DNA of 64,000 bases from an uncultured Caldithrix sp. (GTDB lineage: Bacteria > Calditrichota > Calditrichia > Calditrichales > Calditrichaceae), in the NCBI GenBank assembly GCA_964532875.1, contig CAZHIZ010000001.1, positions 12,100-76,099 on the forward strand, read 5' to 3'. Position 1 is the stretch's first letter. The number at the start of each line of letters is the position of its first letter. The translations under genes and the position numbers were made by a program. The notes below the pieces were generated by a model. The model was not told where the DNA came from. It ran no database searches and was given only the letters and a program-made list of their open reading frames with translations. Positions 29,021 to 38,172 of the stretch are shown here, in pieces.

Positions 29021-29473
29021 ATGGCCCAATCATTATCACAAATTTATTTACACATTATTTTTAGTACGGCAAACAGAGCCCCTTTTTTACATGAAACGAT
29101 TTGTAAAGACTTGTACGCCTATATGGCACAAATACTAAATAATAATAATTGTCATGCCTATTTGATTAACGGAACGGAGAATCACGTTCATATTGCCTGT
29201 AATTTATCCAGAACAATAACCGTGAGTCAGATTTTAGAGGAAGTAAAAAGGAGTTCTTCCAAGTGGATTAAAGGGAAAGGTAGGGAGTTTAAATCGTTTA
29301 GTTGGCAAAAAGGATACGGTGCCTTTTCTTTTGGCAGATCTCAATTGGATGACGTTTTAAAATATATTGAACATCAAGAAAGAATACACGAAAAGAAAAA
29401 TTTTAAAGATGAATATTTGGAATTTCTTAACAAATATGAAGTGGAGTATGATGAAAAATATTTGTGGGATTAA
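29021..29473 (+). CDS. IS200/IS605-family Y1 (HUH) transposase-like protein, RAYT type
   Basis: 'LSQIYLHIIFSTANRAPFL', HUH motif 'NHVHIACN', and the catalytic-Tyr block 'WQKGYGAFSF'; 150 aa. SD GAAGGAGAG upstream. Confidence 0.88.
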   Translation: MAQSLSQIYLHIIFSTANRAPFLHETICKDLYAYMAQILNNNNCHAYLINGTENHVHIACNLSRTITVSQILEEVKRSSSKWIKGKGREFKSFSWQKGYGAFSFGRSQLDDVLKYIEHQERIHEKKNFKDEYLEFLNKYEVEYDEKYLWD

Positions 29474-29492
29474 GGTAAATCCAGTTTGGAAT

Positions 29493-32400
29493 ATGGTGCG
29501 ATCTATTCAAGGGCGCTGCCCATCTCTCTTTTCTCTTTTGCCCCGCTGGGGCGCGCTGTTCCTCATTTTTAATTTTATTCTCCTCTTCACCTTCTTCGCC
29601 CCAACTTCTCTCTTCTCCAGTCCTCCTCACGAACAAAATCGCCACAGCCGCTCTTTCCTGGCCAAACCGGCCTCTGTCTTTGATCGCGCCACCGGCTTTA
29701 TGGATGCCGGTAAAATGAAGGTCATGGGTGTGGAAAATTTCGGTCTTCTCTGTGGATGGGACCACCCCGGTTACCAGAGTTGGTATCCCGGTGCTTTTCA
29801 CGGTGATTGGGGCGAAGTCCGCTGGATTGCACCGGTTATTCTCATGCCCAAAGGCCCCTGGGGGGCCAGGCACACCAATGGCCCGGATCTGCCCGAAGAC
29901 CGTAGCGACCAATACAATGCCATCGAATCCTTTTCAGCCATCCATCTGCACGATGGAGACGGCCCGAATTTTACGGATTGGGAAGCCTTGGACGGCAGTG
30001 CCGAACATTATCACGGAACGCTAACGCAAGATAACATCCCGGTTATTGCCACCAGCACCTTGCCCAACTCCTGGCCCGAAGGCTATTACGATAAAAACGA
30101 CCATTGGGTCTCTACGCCCGGTGAGCATCATTGGCCCGGGCATTGGGCCCTCGATCCGGACGAAAGTTCCCCCACCTACGGCAAACCCTTACCCGGGGAA
30201 TTCGTATCCAATCAGGATATCTTTTTCATTGCCAGCGATAAATACAACGGAATACGTCCCGGTGCCGTGACCGCACGTTACGGTTACCCTGTGGGCATCG
30301 ATATGGAAGTTAGTGGCTACAGTTATTCTACACCCTTGTACGAAAATGTGGTGTTCTTTAATATTAATTTTATTTTTCGCACCAAAGAACAACTGACCGA
30401 CCCCAACAGTCGCTTTTATGATCCCAATCGTCATTTCTACGACGGGACCATCGACAGTGTGTATTTCGCCTTCTTTGTGGATCCCGATCTGCCGGGCCGC
30501 TACTTGGTCCCCGGCTCCAATTACCGTCAGGCCACGCCCTGGGCCGAAGACGATTACGGATTGATTTACGATTATGATGGCGATGGCAAAATCGATGTCT
30601 TTTTGGCCTTTGACAAAAAGGATTATTTTCAGGATCAGGTTTACCCCCAAAACGCAGGCCCCGTTTCCGCCTACGGAATCAATTTTTTCCGAACTCCCCT
30701 GGTTAATCCGTCCGACCCGAACAGTCCCGAATTGGGCATTACCGGCTTCCACTGGTTCGATCAGGACGAAGCCATGCGACCGTCAAAAATAAATGCGCAA
30801 TGGGAAAAAACACTTTACGCCCTTTCCGCTGGTAAACCGCAACTCATGCCTCCGACCGAACGCCCCAAGTGGTTCCACGGAGATAATCCCAATCAGGACG
30901 ATGTCTCTCTGCTAAAAGATTATCAGGAATCCTTCCCCGTGGGCAGTCGACCCGATATTCAGTTCTGGTTTAGTTCCGGTCCCTTCTCCATTTCTCCCGG
31001 CGACACCATCCCCATTCACATTGGCATCGTAGGAGCCACTCCAGACCCGGGACCCTTGGATGCCGAAGGATTTCCCACCAATCCGCCGGACGTTCGTTTT
31101 GCCTCCGTGTTCGAAGCCTTGCGCCAGGCCGATAGCCTGTACAAAAACAATTTCATCGGATTCCGGCCGCCCAAAGCGCCCACATTAAATGCCGTGGGCA
31201 CCAAAGTCATCGATAAATACGATTTGCCCGTTGTTTACGGAGAAAACGGTAAAGTAACCTTGTATTGGGACGACAAGGCGGAAAAGTCATTCGAAATCAT
31301 TACCCGCGAATACGATTTTGAAGGCTACCGCATCTATCGTACGCAGGCCGCAGTGGAAGGTCAGGGCCAGCCCGATTGGGGAACACCCATTTACGATTAT
31401 TCCGGTAAAAACATCGTCGGATATCAACCCTTGGCTCAATATGATTTAATCGACCAATGGCAGGGGCCGGATCCTCTCAATCCCTTTTTTAATTTGGGTA
31501 AAAATAGCGGCTTACATTACACATTTGTCGATCGTAACGTCATCAACGGTGTGCGCTACCGTTACACCATCACCGCCTATGATCATCCCAATTTAAAGGC
31601 GGGGCAGCCCGCTCTGGAATCCTCTCGCGGCAACGATCCGCGACTCATTCAGACCGTCGACGTCATTCCGGGCCTGCAACCGCAGGGATTCGTCGGAGGA
31701 AGTGTCGATTCCAATGTGGTTCATCTCTCGGGAAACGCCACCGGTTACATCTTTGTGCAACCAATCGATCCCATGAATGTTAGCGGGCATACCTATCGCG
31801 TAACGTTTAAAGATTCCTTAACCGCACTTAAACTTGATATTTATGATGAAGATGCACAAAAATATCTGTTTACCGACTACGACAATATCTGGCAGGAAGC
31901 CGATTTACCCATCGCCCAACCACGTCCCATTTTTGATGGTATCGGACTTAAGATCATTAATCACAATGTGGTTGAAGAATTAAATCAAGGCTGGCAAAAA
32001 GTTACCGCCGATACTTCAACCTATCGGTTCGGGGTCTTGACCAAAACCGCGGATAACATCACCGCTCCCTACGACTATGCGCTTGTTTTCGGAGATTCCA
32101 CTTCCAAGTTTGCCGCTTCCGGCAACGCCGCCTACGTTCCCTTTCAGGTCTTTAACATCACCAAAGACCCGCAAATGAAGCATCCGTTGAAATTGTTCGT
32201 ACGCAATCCGGCGCTCCCCTGGCAAAGCGGCGATTTTATCTATTTCCTCGAACCGGATGTTCATCATAAAACCTGGACAATCACCATCGAATGGGATGCC
32301 GGAGCCAAAGCCCCCAATCCCGGCGATATCTATGTGTACCGCACCAAAAAACCGTTTAAGCAAGGCGATGTTTACGAAATACGTACCAATGCCTATTATA

Positions 32401-32729
32401 ATGATACCAAACACATCGACTTAAGCGCTGTTAAAGTCGTACCGAATCCGTACATGGTGTACAATTTGGCCGAACAGGCCTCCACGCATCCCGACCGATT
32501 TACGCACGAACTGCGATTTACCCATCTGCCGCCTAAATGTACCATTAAAATTTACACGGTCAAGGGCGATTTGGTTAAAACGATTCGGCACAATGCCCCC
32601 ACCATTGGGGAAGAACGTTGGAATTTGCAATCCGATGAAAATCTCGAAGTGTCTTACGGCGTGTATGTGTACACCGTAAAAACACCGGACGGTAAGAAAA
32701 AAATAGGCAAATTTGCCATTATTTGGTAA
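29493..32729 (+). CDS. large secreted FN3-containing protein with divergent T9SS-type C-terminal domain (cassette 1, middle gene)
   Basis: Paralog of 54374..57160, sharing blocks 'YDFEGY.IY', 'PLAQYD.ID', 'NVINGV.Y.Y..TAYD', 'PNPY.V' and the tail 'GKFAII'. Start set to the first ATG after the RAYT stop. The ORF-track start at 29367 would overlap the transposase gene by 107 nt. Confidence 0.75.
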   Translation: MVRSIQGRCPSLFSLLPRWGALFLIFNFILLFTFFAPTSLFSSPPHEQNRHSRSFLAKPASVFDRATGFMDAGKMKVMGVENFGLLCGWDHPGYQSWYPGAFHGDWGEVRWIAPVILMPKGPWGARHTNGPDLPEDRSDQYNAIESFSAIHLHDGDGPNFTDWEALDGSAEHYHGTLTQDNIPVIATSTLPNSWPEGYYDKNDHWVSTPGEHHWPGHWALDPDESSPTYGKPLPGEFVSNQDIFFIASDKYNGIRPGAVTARYGYPVGIDMEVSGYSYSTPLYENVVFFNINFIFRTKEQLTDPNSRFYDPNRHFYDGTIDSVYFAFFVDPDLPGRYLVPGSNYRQATPWAEDDYGLIYDYDGDGKIDVFLAFDKKDYFQDQVYPQNAGPVSAYGINFFRTPLVNPSDPNSPELGITGFHWFDQDEAMRPSKINAQWEKTLYALSAGKPQLMPPTERPKWFHGDNPNQDDVSLLKDYQESFPVGSRPDIQFWFSSGPFSISPGDTIPIHIGIVGATPDPGPLDAEGFPTNPPDVRFASVFEALRQADSLYKNNFIGFRPPKAPTLNAVGTKVIDKYDLPVVYGENGKVTLYWDDKAEKSFEIITREYDFEGYRIYRTQAAVEGQGQPDWGTPIYDYSGKNIVGYQPLAQYDLIDQWQGPDPLNPFFNLGKNSGLHYTFVDRNVINGVRYRYTITAYDHPNLKAGQPALESSRGNDPRLIQTVDVIPGLQPQGFVGGSVDSNVVHLSGNATGYIFVQPIDPMNVSGHTYRVTFKDSLTALKLDIYDEDAQKYLFTDYDNIWQEADLPIAQPRPIFDGIGLKIINHNVVEELNQGWQKVTADTSTYRFGVLTKTADNITAPYDYALVFGDSTSKFAASGNAAYVPFQVFNITKDPQMKHPLKLFVRNPALPWQSGDFIYFLEPDVHHKTWTITIEWDAGAKAPNPGDIYVYRTKKPFKQGDVYEIRTNAYYNDTKHIDLSAVKVVPNPYMVYNLAEQASTHPDRFTHELRFTHLPPKCTIKIYTVKGDLVKTIRHNAPTIGEERWNLQSDENLEVSYGVYVYTVKTPDGKKKIGKFAIIW
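29511..29543. repeat. right inverted repeat GGGCGCTGCCCATCTCTCTTTTCTCTTTTGCCC
   Basis: Partner of 28951..28983. Lies inside the first codons of the downstream cassette gene. Confidence 0.8.
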
Positions 32730-32764
32730 GACCTGAAAATCTGTTCATGTTAAAAGGACAGCAA

Positions 32765-33835
32765 ATGAAAAAGAAATTGATATTAAAACGATTGGCCTTC
32801 GGGCAACGGACTAAATTTGTGTTAATGTTATTAATTGGAGGGATGCTTTGTCATGGCGCCATGGCCGGAGAGTTAACCAAGGTGGGCACGACAGCGGCCA
32901 ATTTTCTCCAGTTGCGTGTCGGGGCCCGCGCCATTGCCTTGGGCGGCGCCTTTGTAGGGCTGGCCGATGATGCCAGTGCCCTCTACTGGAATGCCGCCGG
33001 TATCACCCACCTAACCGGTTTGCAGGTTTTTTATCAAAACAGCAGGCTTTACGCAGGATTAAAACACCAGACGTTCGGTTTAACGTACGCCCTCACTGCC
33101 CAGAATCATCTGGGAATTTTAGTCAATCATTTGGATATGGGCGTCATGCGGCAAACCACTTTGCAGTATCCGGAAGGGACAACCCAAAAGTTCGATGCGG
33201 CCTCCATGGCACTGGGCCTGACCTATGCCCGTCAATTAACCGATCGGGTCTCTTTCGGAGTAACGGCCAAGTACATTCAGGAACGCATCTGGCTGGAAGT
33301 GGCGCGCGGTTATGCCTTTGATATTGCCACCCTGTATGTCATCCCGGAAAAGGGACTGCGCATCGGAATGAATTTAAGTAATCTCGGCCCGGATATGGGC
33401 ATCGGCAAGGCACCCCATCTGGAATTTTACAAACGGAAACCGGATGATTTCCCGGGTAGCCCCCAACCGAAATCCCAGCTTGCCACCAAAGAATTCCCAT
33501 TGCCCTTGGCTTTCTCTCTTGGTCTCGCTTTGGATATTTGGGGACAAAATGCCCTGTTGTTTCCAAATGAAGAACATCGGCTTACAACTTCAATGAGTAT
33601 TACCGACGGTTACGACAGCCCGTTACGGACAAATTTTGGTCTGGAATATGTTTGGCACGAAGTGTTTGCCCTGAGAGCGGGCTACTACCTGGGGTACGAT
33701 ACCGAAAACTACGCTCTGGGTTTCGGATTGAATATTTACAAATACGCAAAAATCAATTTGCAAATCGATTATGCCTGGATGAATTACGGCGATTTGGGCA
33801 GCATTAACACCTATGCTTTGCAATTTAGATTTTAA
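32765..33835 (+). CDS. PorV/PorQ-family outer-membrane beta-barrel (cassette 1)
   Basis: 'GELTKVGTTAANFLQLRVGARAIALGGAFVGLADDASALYWNAAGITHL' is the hallmark N-terminal block of PorV/PorQ-type barrels. The protein ends in an aromatic residue '..YALQFRF'. Start at MKKKLILK (AAGGA upstream). Confidence 0.75.
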   Translation: MKKKLILKRLAFGQRTKFVLMLLIGGMLCHGAMAGELTKVGTTAANFLQLRVGARAIALGGAFVGLADDASALYWNAAGITHLTGLQVFYQNSRLYAGLKHQTFGLTYALTAQNHLGILVNHLDMGVMRQTTLQYPEGTTQKFDAASMALGLTYARQLTDRVSFGVTAKYIQERIWLEVARGYAFDIATLYVIPEKGLRIGMNLSNLGPDMGIGKAPHLEFYKRKPDDFPGSPQPKSQLATKEFPLPLAFSLGLALDIWGQNALLFPNEEHRLTTSMSITDGYDSPLRTNFGLEYVWHEVFALRAGYYLGYDTENYALGFGLNIYKYAKINLQIDYAWMNYGDLGSINTYALQFRF

Positions 33836-33892
33836 GCGCTGCGCTTTAGATGCGCGTCACCATAAAAAAAGAGCAGGAGAGTAATACGGCCC

Positions 33893-35638
33893 ATGCACAT
33901 TGTTAGCGCAAAAAACGAATATCCCGAAGTAACCTGGCAAGCTATCGTGGTGGGGGTATTTATCGGTTTGCTCATGACCGTGAGTTTTTCTTACGCCGCT
34001 TTGGTGCTCGGATTTTCCACCAATGGTTCGCCGGTTGCCGCCATTTTGGGCTGGGGCATCATGCGCTCGCTTTTTAAGCGCGGAACTATTGTGGAAAATA
34101 ATATCATTCAGACCATTGCTTCCGGTATTAATACGGCCACGGCCGGAGTCATTTTTACGGTTCCCATATTGCTCATCCGCGGAGCTCCTTTTAATGTCTG
34201 GTGGGTGGGTGCCGCCACGGTGGCCGGGGCCATTTTAGGGGTTGGCTTCATCATCCCTATCCGTAAACAGATGATTGATATCGATCGTTTGCGTTTTCCC
34301 TCCGGTACGGCCATTGCTTCCATTTTACGTTCACCGGCCGAAGGCATGAAAAAATCCCGTTTACTCATCTATGGAGCCTTACTCTCGGCAACGGTTTACG
34401 TAATCACCCAATTCCCGCGGCTCGGCTTACCGATTCTGATCCCTTCTTCCATCGATTTGGGCCGGTTGCTGCATTTGCCCTCGTACATCAATAATGTCTG
34501 GGCCGTTTCTTTGCTGAGTCTGGGCATCGGTTTTATTGCCGGACGTAACGGCCTGTTCGTCCTGGCCGGAGGTATTTTAGCCTATTGGTTTATTACGCCT
34601 TTTATGATTCATTTGGCCTGGGTACCGCCGGAATTAAGCGGCACGCAAATCACCTCTTTTATTCATAGTAAAATGACCCGGCCCCTTGGCATCGGCATGT
34701 TGATCGGCGGATCGTTGATTAGCATCGTGTTAACCCTGCCGGCTATTAAAGCCACACTGAAAAGTTTCAACTTAAAAAAAATTAAAAATGAAACATACGA
34801 CGAGTTGTCTATTAAAATTTTGTACACCGTTATTCTGGCCGCTTTTATTCTGTTCTTTTTAGCTGCCTATTTTACCTCTTCCATCGGTATTGTGGCCGCT
34901 TTAATTGTTTCTTTAGTGGGCACACTCTGGCTTTGGTTTGCCGGCATCATCGTTTCGCAAGCTACGGGCATGACCGATTGGACACCCATCAGCGGCATGT
35001 CGTTGTTAGCCGTGGCCATTTTAATGCTGTTTTTGCCTTCCGATCAAGTGGTTACGGCTGTCTTGATCGGGGCGGCCGTTTCGGTGGCCATTGCCGAATG
35101 CGCCGATATGATGCAGGACTTGAAGACCGGCTACCTGGTGGGCAGTCGTCCTTATCGCCAGCAGGCTTTACAACTGATGGTAGCCTGGATCGGGCCGGTG
35201 GTTTCCATTGCCGTGATGCTCCTCATCTGGAATAGCGGCGGTACCGATCCCTTAACCGGCCATAAATTACCGGGATTCGGTCCGGGTACCGATATCGAAG
35301 CACCGCAGGCCGTGGCTCTGGGCGCTACCATCGATAGCGTCATCAAAGGCAACGTACCCGTGCAAAAATATTTGGCCGGGGGCATTCTGGGCGCCTTGCT
35401 CTCTTTTTCGGGAATTCCCGGTTTGGGAGTTATCATGGGAATCGCCATGTACCTGTCCATTAAATACATTTTACCTTACGGATTGGGCAGCCTAATCTAT
35501 TTGCTTGTGGCATGGAAATTTGGCAAAGAGTGGGCCGAAAAATGGGGCGTGCCCTTTGCGGCCGGACTCATTGTCGGCGAAGCATTACTCATTATTACTT
35601 TTGCCATGTTAACGGTTAGCGGAGTGATTGCAGGATGA
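33893..35638 (+). CDS. OPT-family oligopeptide transporter
   Basis: 581-aa polytopic membrane protein with an OPT-superfamily-like N-terminus ('TWQAIVVGVFIGLLMTVSFSYAALVLGFS.NGSPVAAILGW') and 'DLKTGYLVGS'. Confidence 0.8.
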   Translation: MHIVSAKNEYPEVTWQAIVVGVFIGLLMTVSFSYAALVLGFSTNGSPVAAILGWGIMRSLFKRGTIVENNIIQTIASGINTATAGVIFTVPILLIRGAPFNVWWVGAATVAGAILGVGFIIPIRKQMIDIDRLRFPSGTAIASILRSPAEGMKKSRLLIYGALLSATVYVITQFPRLGLPILIPSSIDLGRLLHLPSYINNVWAVSLLSLGIGFIAGRNGLFVLAGGILAYWFITPFMIHLAWVPPELSGTQITSFIHSKMTRPLGIGMLIGGSLISIVLTLPAIKATLKSFNLKKIKNETYDELSIKILYTVILAAFILFFLAAYFTSSIGIVAALIVSLVGTLWLWFAGIIVSQATGMTDWTPISGMSLLAVAILMLFLPSDQVVTAVLIGAAVSVAIAECADMMQDLKTGYLVGSRPYRQQALQLMVAWIGPVVSIAVMLLIWNSGGTDPLTGHKLPGFGPGTDIEAPQAVALGATIDSVIKGNVPVQKYLAGGILGALLSFSGIPGLGVIMGIAMYLSIKYILPYGLGSLIYLLVAWKFGKEWAEKWGVPFAAGLIVGEALLIITFAMLTVSGVIAG

Positions 35639-36192
35639 ATAAATACGTCGAAACATTCAATATTCTGTTGATGATAGCAAGCGTGATTGCCGCCTCCGTC
35701 TGGGCCGCGCACATTCCTCCGTTGTGGTTGCCCTTTGGTCTTGCCGTGGCCGTGCTGCTGTTTACCTTAACGGTGCATCGCAAAGGGACGAAAACGCGTC
35801 TGCAAACGGCCCGCTCGGAACACCATCCCTTGCATGTCTTCGGGGAAATGATTAGCGGCAGTTTGCATTTGGTTTCCGCTTTAATGCACAAGAATGAGAT
35901 CACCCCCGAAGATGTCGATCGGCTGGAAGATTTGGTAGAAGCCAACACGACTCGCATGGAACGCATTCATCCTCAGCTTACGGAAACCCTGGGCATGAAG
36001 ACGTTTATCGATCTTATTCTGCCTTTTGCCCGTTCCGAGCGTATGATTAACCGGGCCTTGTCGGCCATGATGGATGGTTACTTCGATGAGGCGAAAAGGG
36101 ATTTGCAAGAGAGTCTTCCTTATTTACAAAAAAGCGAACGGATTTTAAAGGAAATAACCAAATTAAATCTTCAAAGTGAACCAATTAAATAA
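35635..36192 (+). CDS. hypothetical membrane protein (2 TM + helical cytoplasmic domain)
   Basis: The start overlaps the OPT stop (ATGA). Two hydrophobic helices, then a charged helical region. No family recognised. Confidence 0.55.
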   Translation: MNKYVETFNILLMIASVIAASVWAAHIPPLWLPFGLAVAVLLFTLTVHRKGTKTRLQTARSEHHPLHVFGEMISGSLHLVSALMHKNEITPEDVDRLEDLVEANTTRMERIHPQLTETLGMKTFIDLILPFARSERMINRALSAMMDGYFDEAKRDLQESLPYLQKSERILKEITKLNLQSEPIK

Positions 36193-36206
36193 AAACGGGA
36201 TGTGCC

Positions 36207-37040
36207 ATGGCTACACCTAAAAAAGAGAACAAAATCGGGAAAAAGATTAAAGATACGCTTAATGCCTTTGGTATTACCGTCAAAGAGCTGTCCCGCAAAA
36301 CGGGAATCGAAGCGCAAACATTGTACTCCATCATCAACGGGCACCACCAGGCCAGTGTGGAGAAGCTGGAAAAAATTTGTAAAACTCTCCACTTGAGCAT
36401 GGATGCCCTATTGGATATGGAAGTGAATACCTTTCCCATTTTCCCTCAACAGTACGAAGAGAGCTTAAGTTACGCCCATTTTGAGGACGTGTGGTTCGGC
36501 CCTTCGGGAGGCGAACGCATTTCGGTTTCCCGTAATTTCAGTATCATGAACCAATCGGTGGAACTACGTCGCCAATTTCTGAAGAATATTTACGAAATTC
36601 CGGAAGATCGGCTGGAGCAGGCGATCAGTGCTTTTAAAAAACGCCAGGAGGTGATTAAACGAAAAGAGAAACGTCGTCTGGAAATCGTGGTGGAAAGTGA
36701 AGTGGTTGATTTCATCCACCAGCGGGAGCCGTTTGATCGGCTGGATAAGTCGTTGATTGTGGACTGTATCGAAAACATCATCGATCGCCTTAAAAACGAA
36801 CCGCTGAATTTCGAGGTCATCCTCATCCCCCGTCAATTCTTTTTGGTAAATTACGAAATCATTAACCGTGAAGTTATTCTGTTTGACCTTGGGAGTGTCT
36901 TTTTTCGGCAAACCCATCCCAGCTTGCTGGAACATTTTTTGAATGAAGTACAGGATTTTAAATTCAAACGCGCTTCCATCGCTCAACGGGACCATGTACT
37001 GCAATTCTTAGAGGAGCACTTAAATGCAGCCAGAAAATAA
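36207..37040 (+). CDS. XRE-family HTH regulator with ~200-aa C-terminal domain of unknown function
   Basis: 'IGKKIKDTLNAFGITVKELSRKTGIEAQTLYSIINGHHQASVEKLEKICKTLHLSMDALL' is a Cro/C1-type HTH. Confidence 0.8.
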   Translation: MATPKKENKIGKKIKDTLNAFGITVKELSRKTGIEAQTLYSIINGHHQASVEKLEKICKTLHLSMDALLDMEVNTFPIFPQQYEESLSYAHFEDVWFGPSGGERISVSRNFSIMNQSVELRRQFLKNIYEIPEDRLEQAISAFKKRQEVIKRKEKRRLEIVVESEVVDFIHQREPFDRLDKSLIVDCIENIIDRLKNEPLNFEVILIPRQFFLVNYEIINREVILFDLGSVFFRQTHPSLLEHFLNEVQDFKFKRASIAQRDHVLQFLEEHLNAARK

Positions 37041-38172
37041 ACAGCAGGAAATTCTGAACACGATCCGGGACTTGATTCGCTTTCGTACGGTCGATGGCAA
37101 TTTCAAAGAGTTTGAAAAAGCCGTGGACTATGTGCAGAACTTTTTCAAGAACACGCCGCTTTTGGTTCAAAAATATCGGTTCAACGGGTATCCGGCTTTG
37201 GTTATTGCGCGGTCCGGCAAAAAACATCCCCGCTTTTTTCTGCAAGGCCATTTGGATGTGGTGGATGGTAAAGACGAACAGTTTTTAGCGCGCATTCAGG
37301 GCGATGCCCTGTTCGGGCGCGGCGCCGTGGATATGAAAGGCTTCGATGCCGTGGCCATGCATTTGCTACGGGATTTGGCTCGTCAGGCGCCGCAGATTGA
37401 TGCCGGTTTAATGCTTACCTTCGACGAGGAGATCGGCGGGCAAAACGGGGCGCAAAAGCTGGCCGAAATGGCATATTTCCCGGAAATTTTGATTAACGGC
37501 GACGGCGGTTACAATTACGCGGTCATCCATGCCGAAAAGGGCATTCTTAAAATCAAATTAAGCGCCAGCAGTGAATCGGGGCGCCATCCTTATCCCTGGG
37601 ACGGACAAAACGCATTTGATTTGTTAGTCCGTGATTACCAAAAAATAATGCAGCTCTTCGAAAAACAAAAACTGGCTACGGAAGACAACAATTGGTACAC
37701 CACCTACTCATCTTATGATATCAGGGTAGAAAATGAACCGTTCTTTGCCCCTCATCGCGCGGAGATGAAAGTGAATATTTATTTCACGGATGATTTAACG
37801 GCCGATGAAATGTTCGAACGTGTGAAAAGCGTGATTCGTTATTCCACCATCGAAAAATTGAGCGCCAGTGAACGGGTTTATTTGCCACCGAATGACGAAC
37901 ATGTTCTAAAAATGCGTGCCATCATGGAACGCCATTTCAGTCACCCCATTGAAATCCGTGCGGAAAACGGCTCTTCGGACGCCCGTTTCTTTACCAACAA
38001 GGGCTTTCCCATCATCATCGTCAAGATGCCGGGAGAAGATCACCACGGGCCGGACGAACGCCTTTTTATTTCCGGCTTGTTACCCATGTATCATTCGTTA
38101 AAAGAATTTTTGGGGTATTATCATGCAATCCGAGAGGACGTAAAAAATGAACAAGCTGCCACGTTATTTTAA
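37024..38172 (+). CDS. M20-family metallopeptidase (ArgE/DapE/acylase type)
   Basis: 'LQGHLDVVDG', 'GRGAVDMKG', 'FDEEIGGQNG'. Overlaps the upstream gene by 17 nt. Confidence 0.85.
   Translation: MQPENKQQEILNTIRDLIRFRTVDGNFKEFEKAVDYVQNFFKNTPLLVQKYRFNGYPALVIARSGKKHPRFFLQGHLDVVDGKDEQFLARIQGDALFGRGAVDMKGFDAVAMHLLRDLARQAPQIDAGLMLTFDEEIGGQNGAQKLAEMAYFPEILINGDGGYNYAVIHAEKGILKIKLSASSESGRHPYPWDGQNAFDLLVRDYQKIMQLFEKQKLATEDNNWYTTYSSYDIRVENEPFFAPHRAEMKVNIYFTDDLTADEMFERVKSVIRYSTIEKLSASERVYLPPNDEHVLKMRAIMERHFSHPIEIRAENGSSDARFFTNKGFPIIIVKMPGEDHHGPDERLFISGLLPMYHSLKEFLGYYHAIREDVKNEQAATLF

Larger units (their letters stand above)
28951..29543 (+). mobile_element. IS200-like / REP-associated tyrosine transposase (RAYT) unit bounded by inverted repeats
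   Basis: A Y1 HUH transposase gene flanked by 33-bp imperfect inverted repeats (27/33 match). It is inserted exactly at the junction of cassette-1 genes 1 and 2. Confidence 0.7.

Noticed and set aside
29367-29492. ORF-track N-terminal extension of the large cassette-1 protein (start at 29367).
   Set aside because: It would overlap the well-supported RAYT gene by 107 nt in another frame, and the extension is K/N-rich with no signal-peptide character. The first ATG after the transposase stop (29493) was preferred, though the true start remains uncertain.
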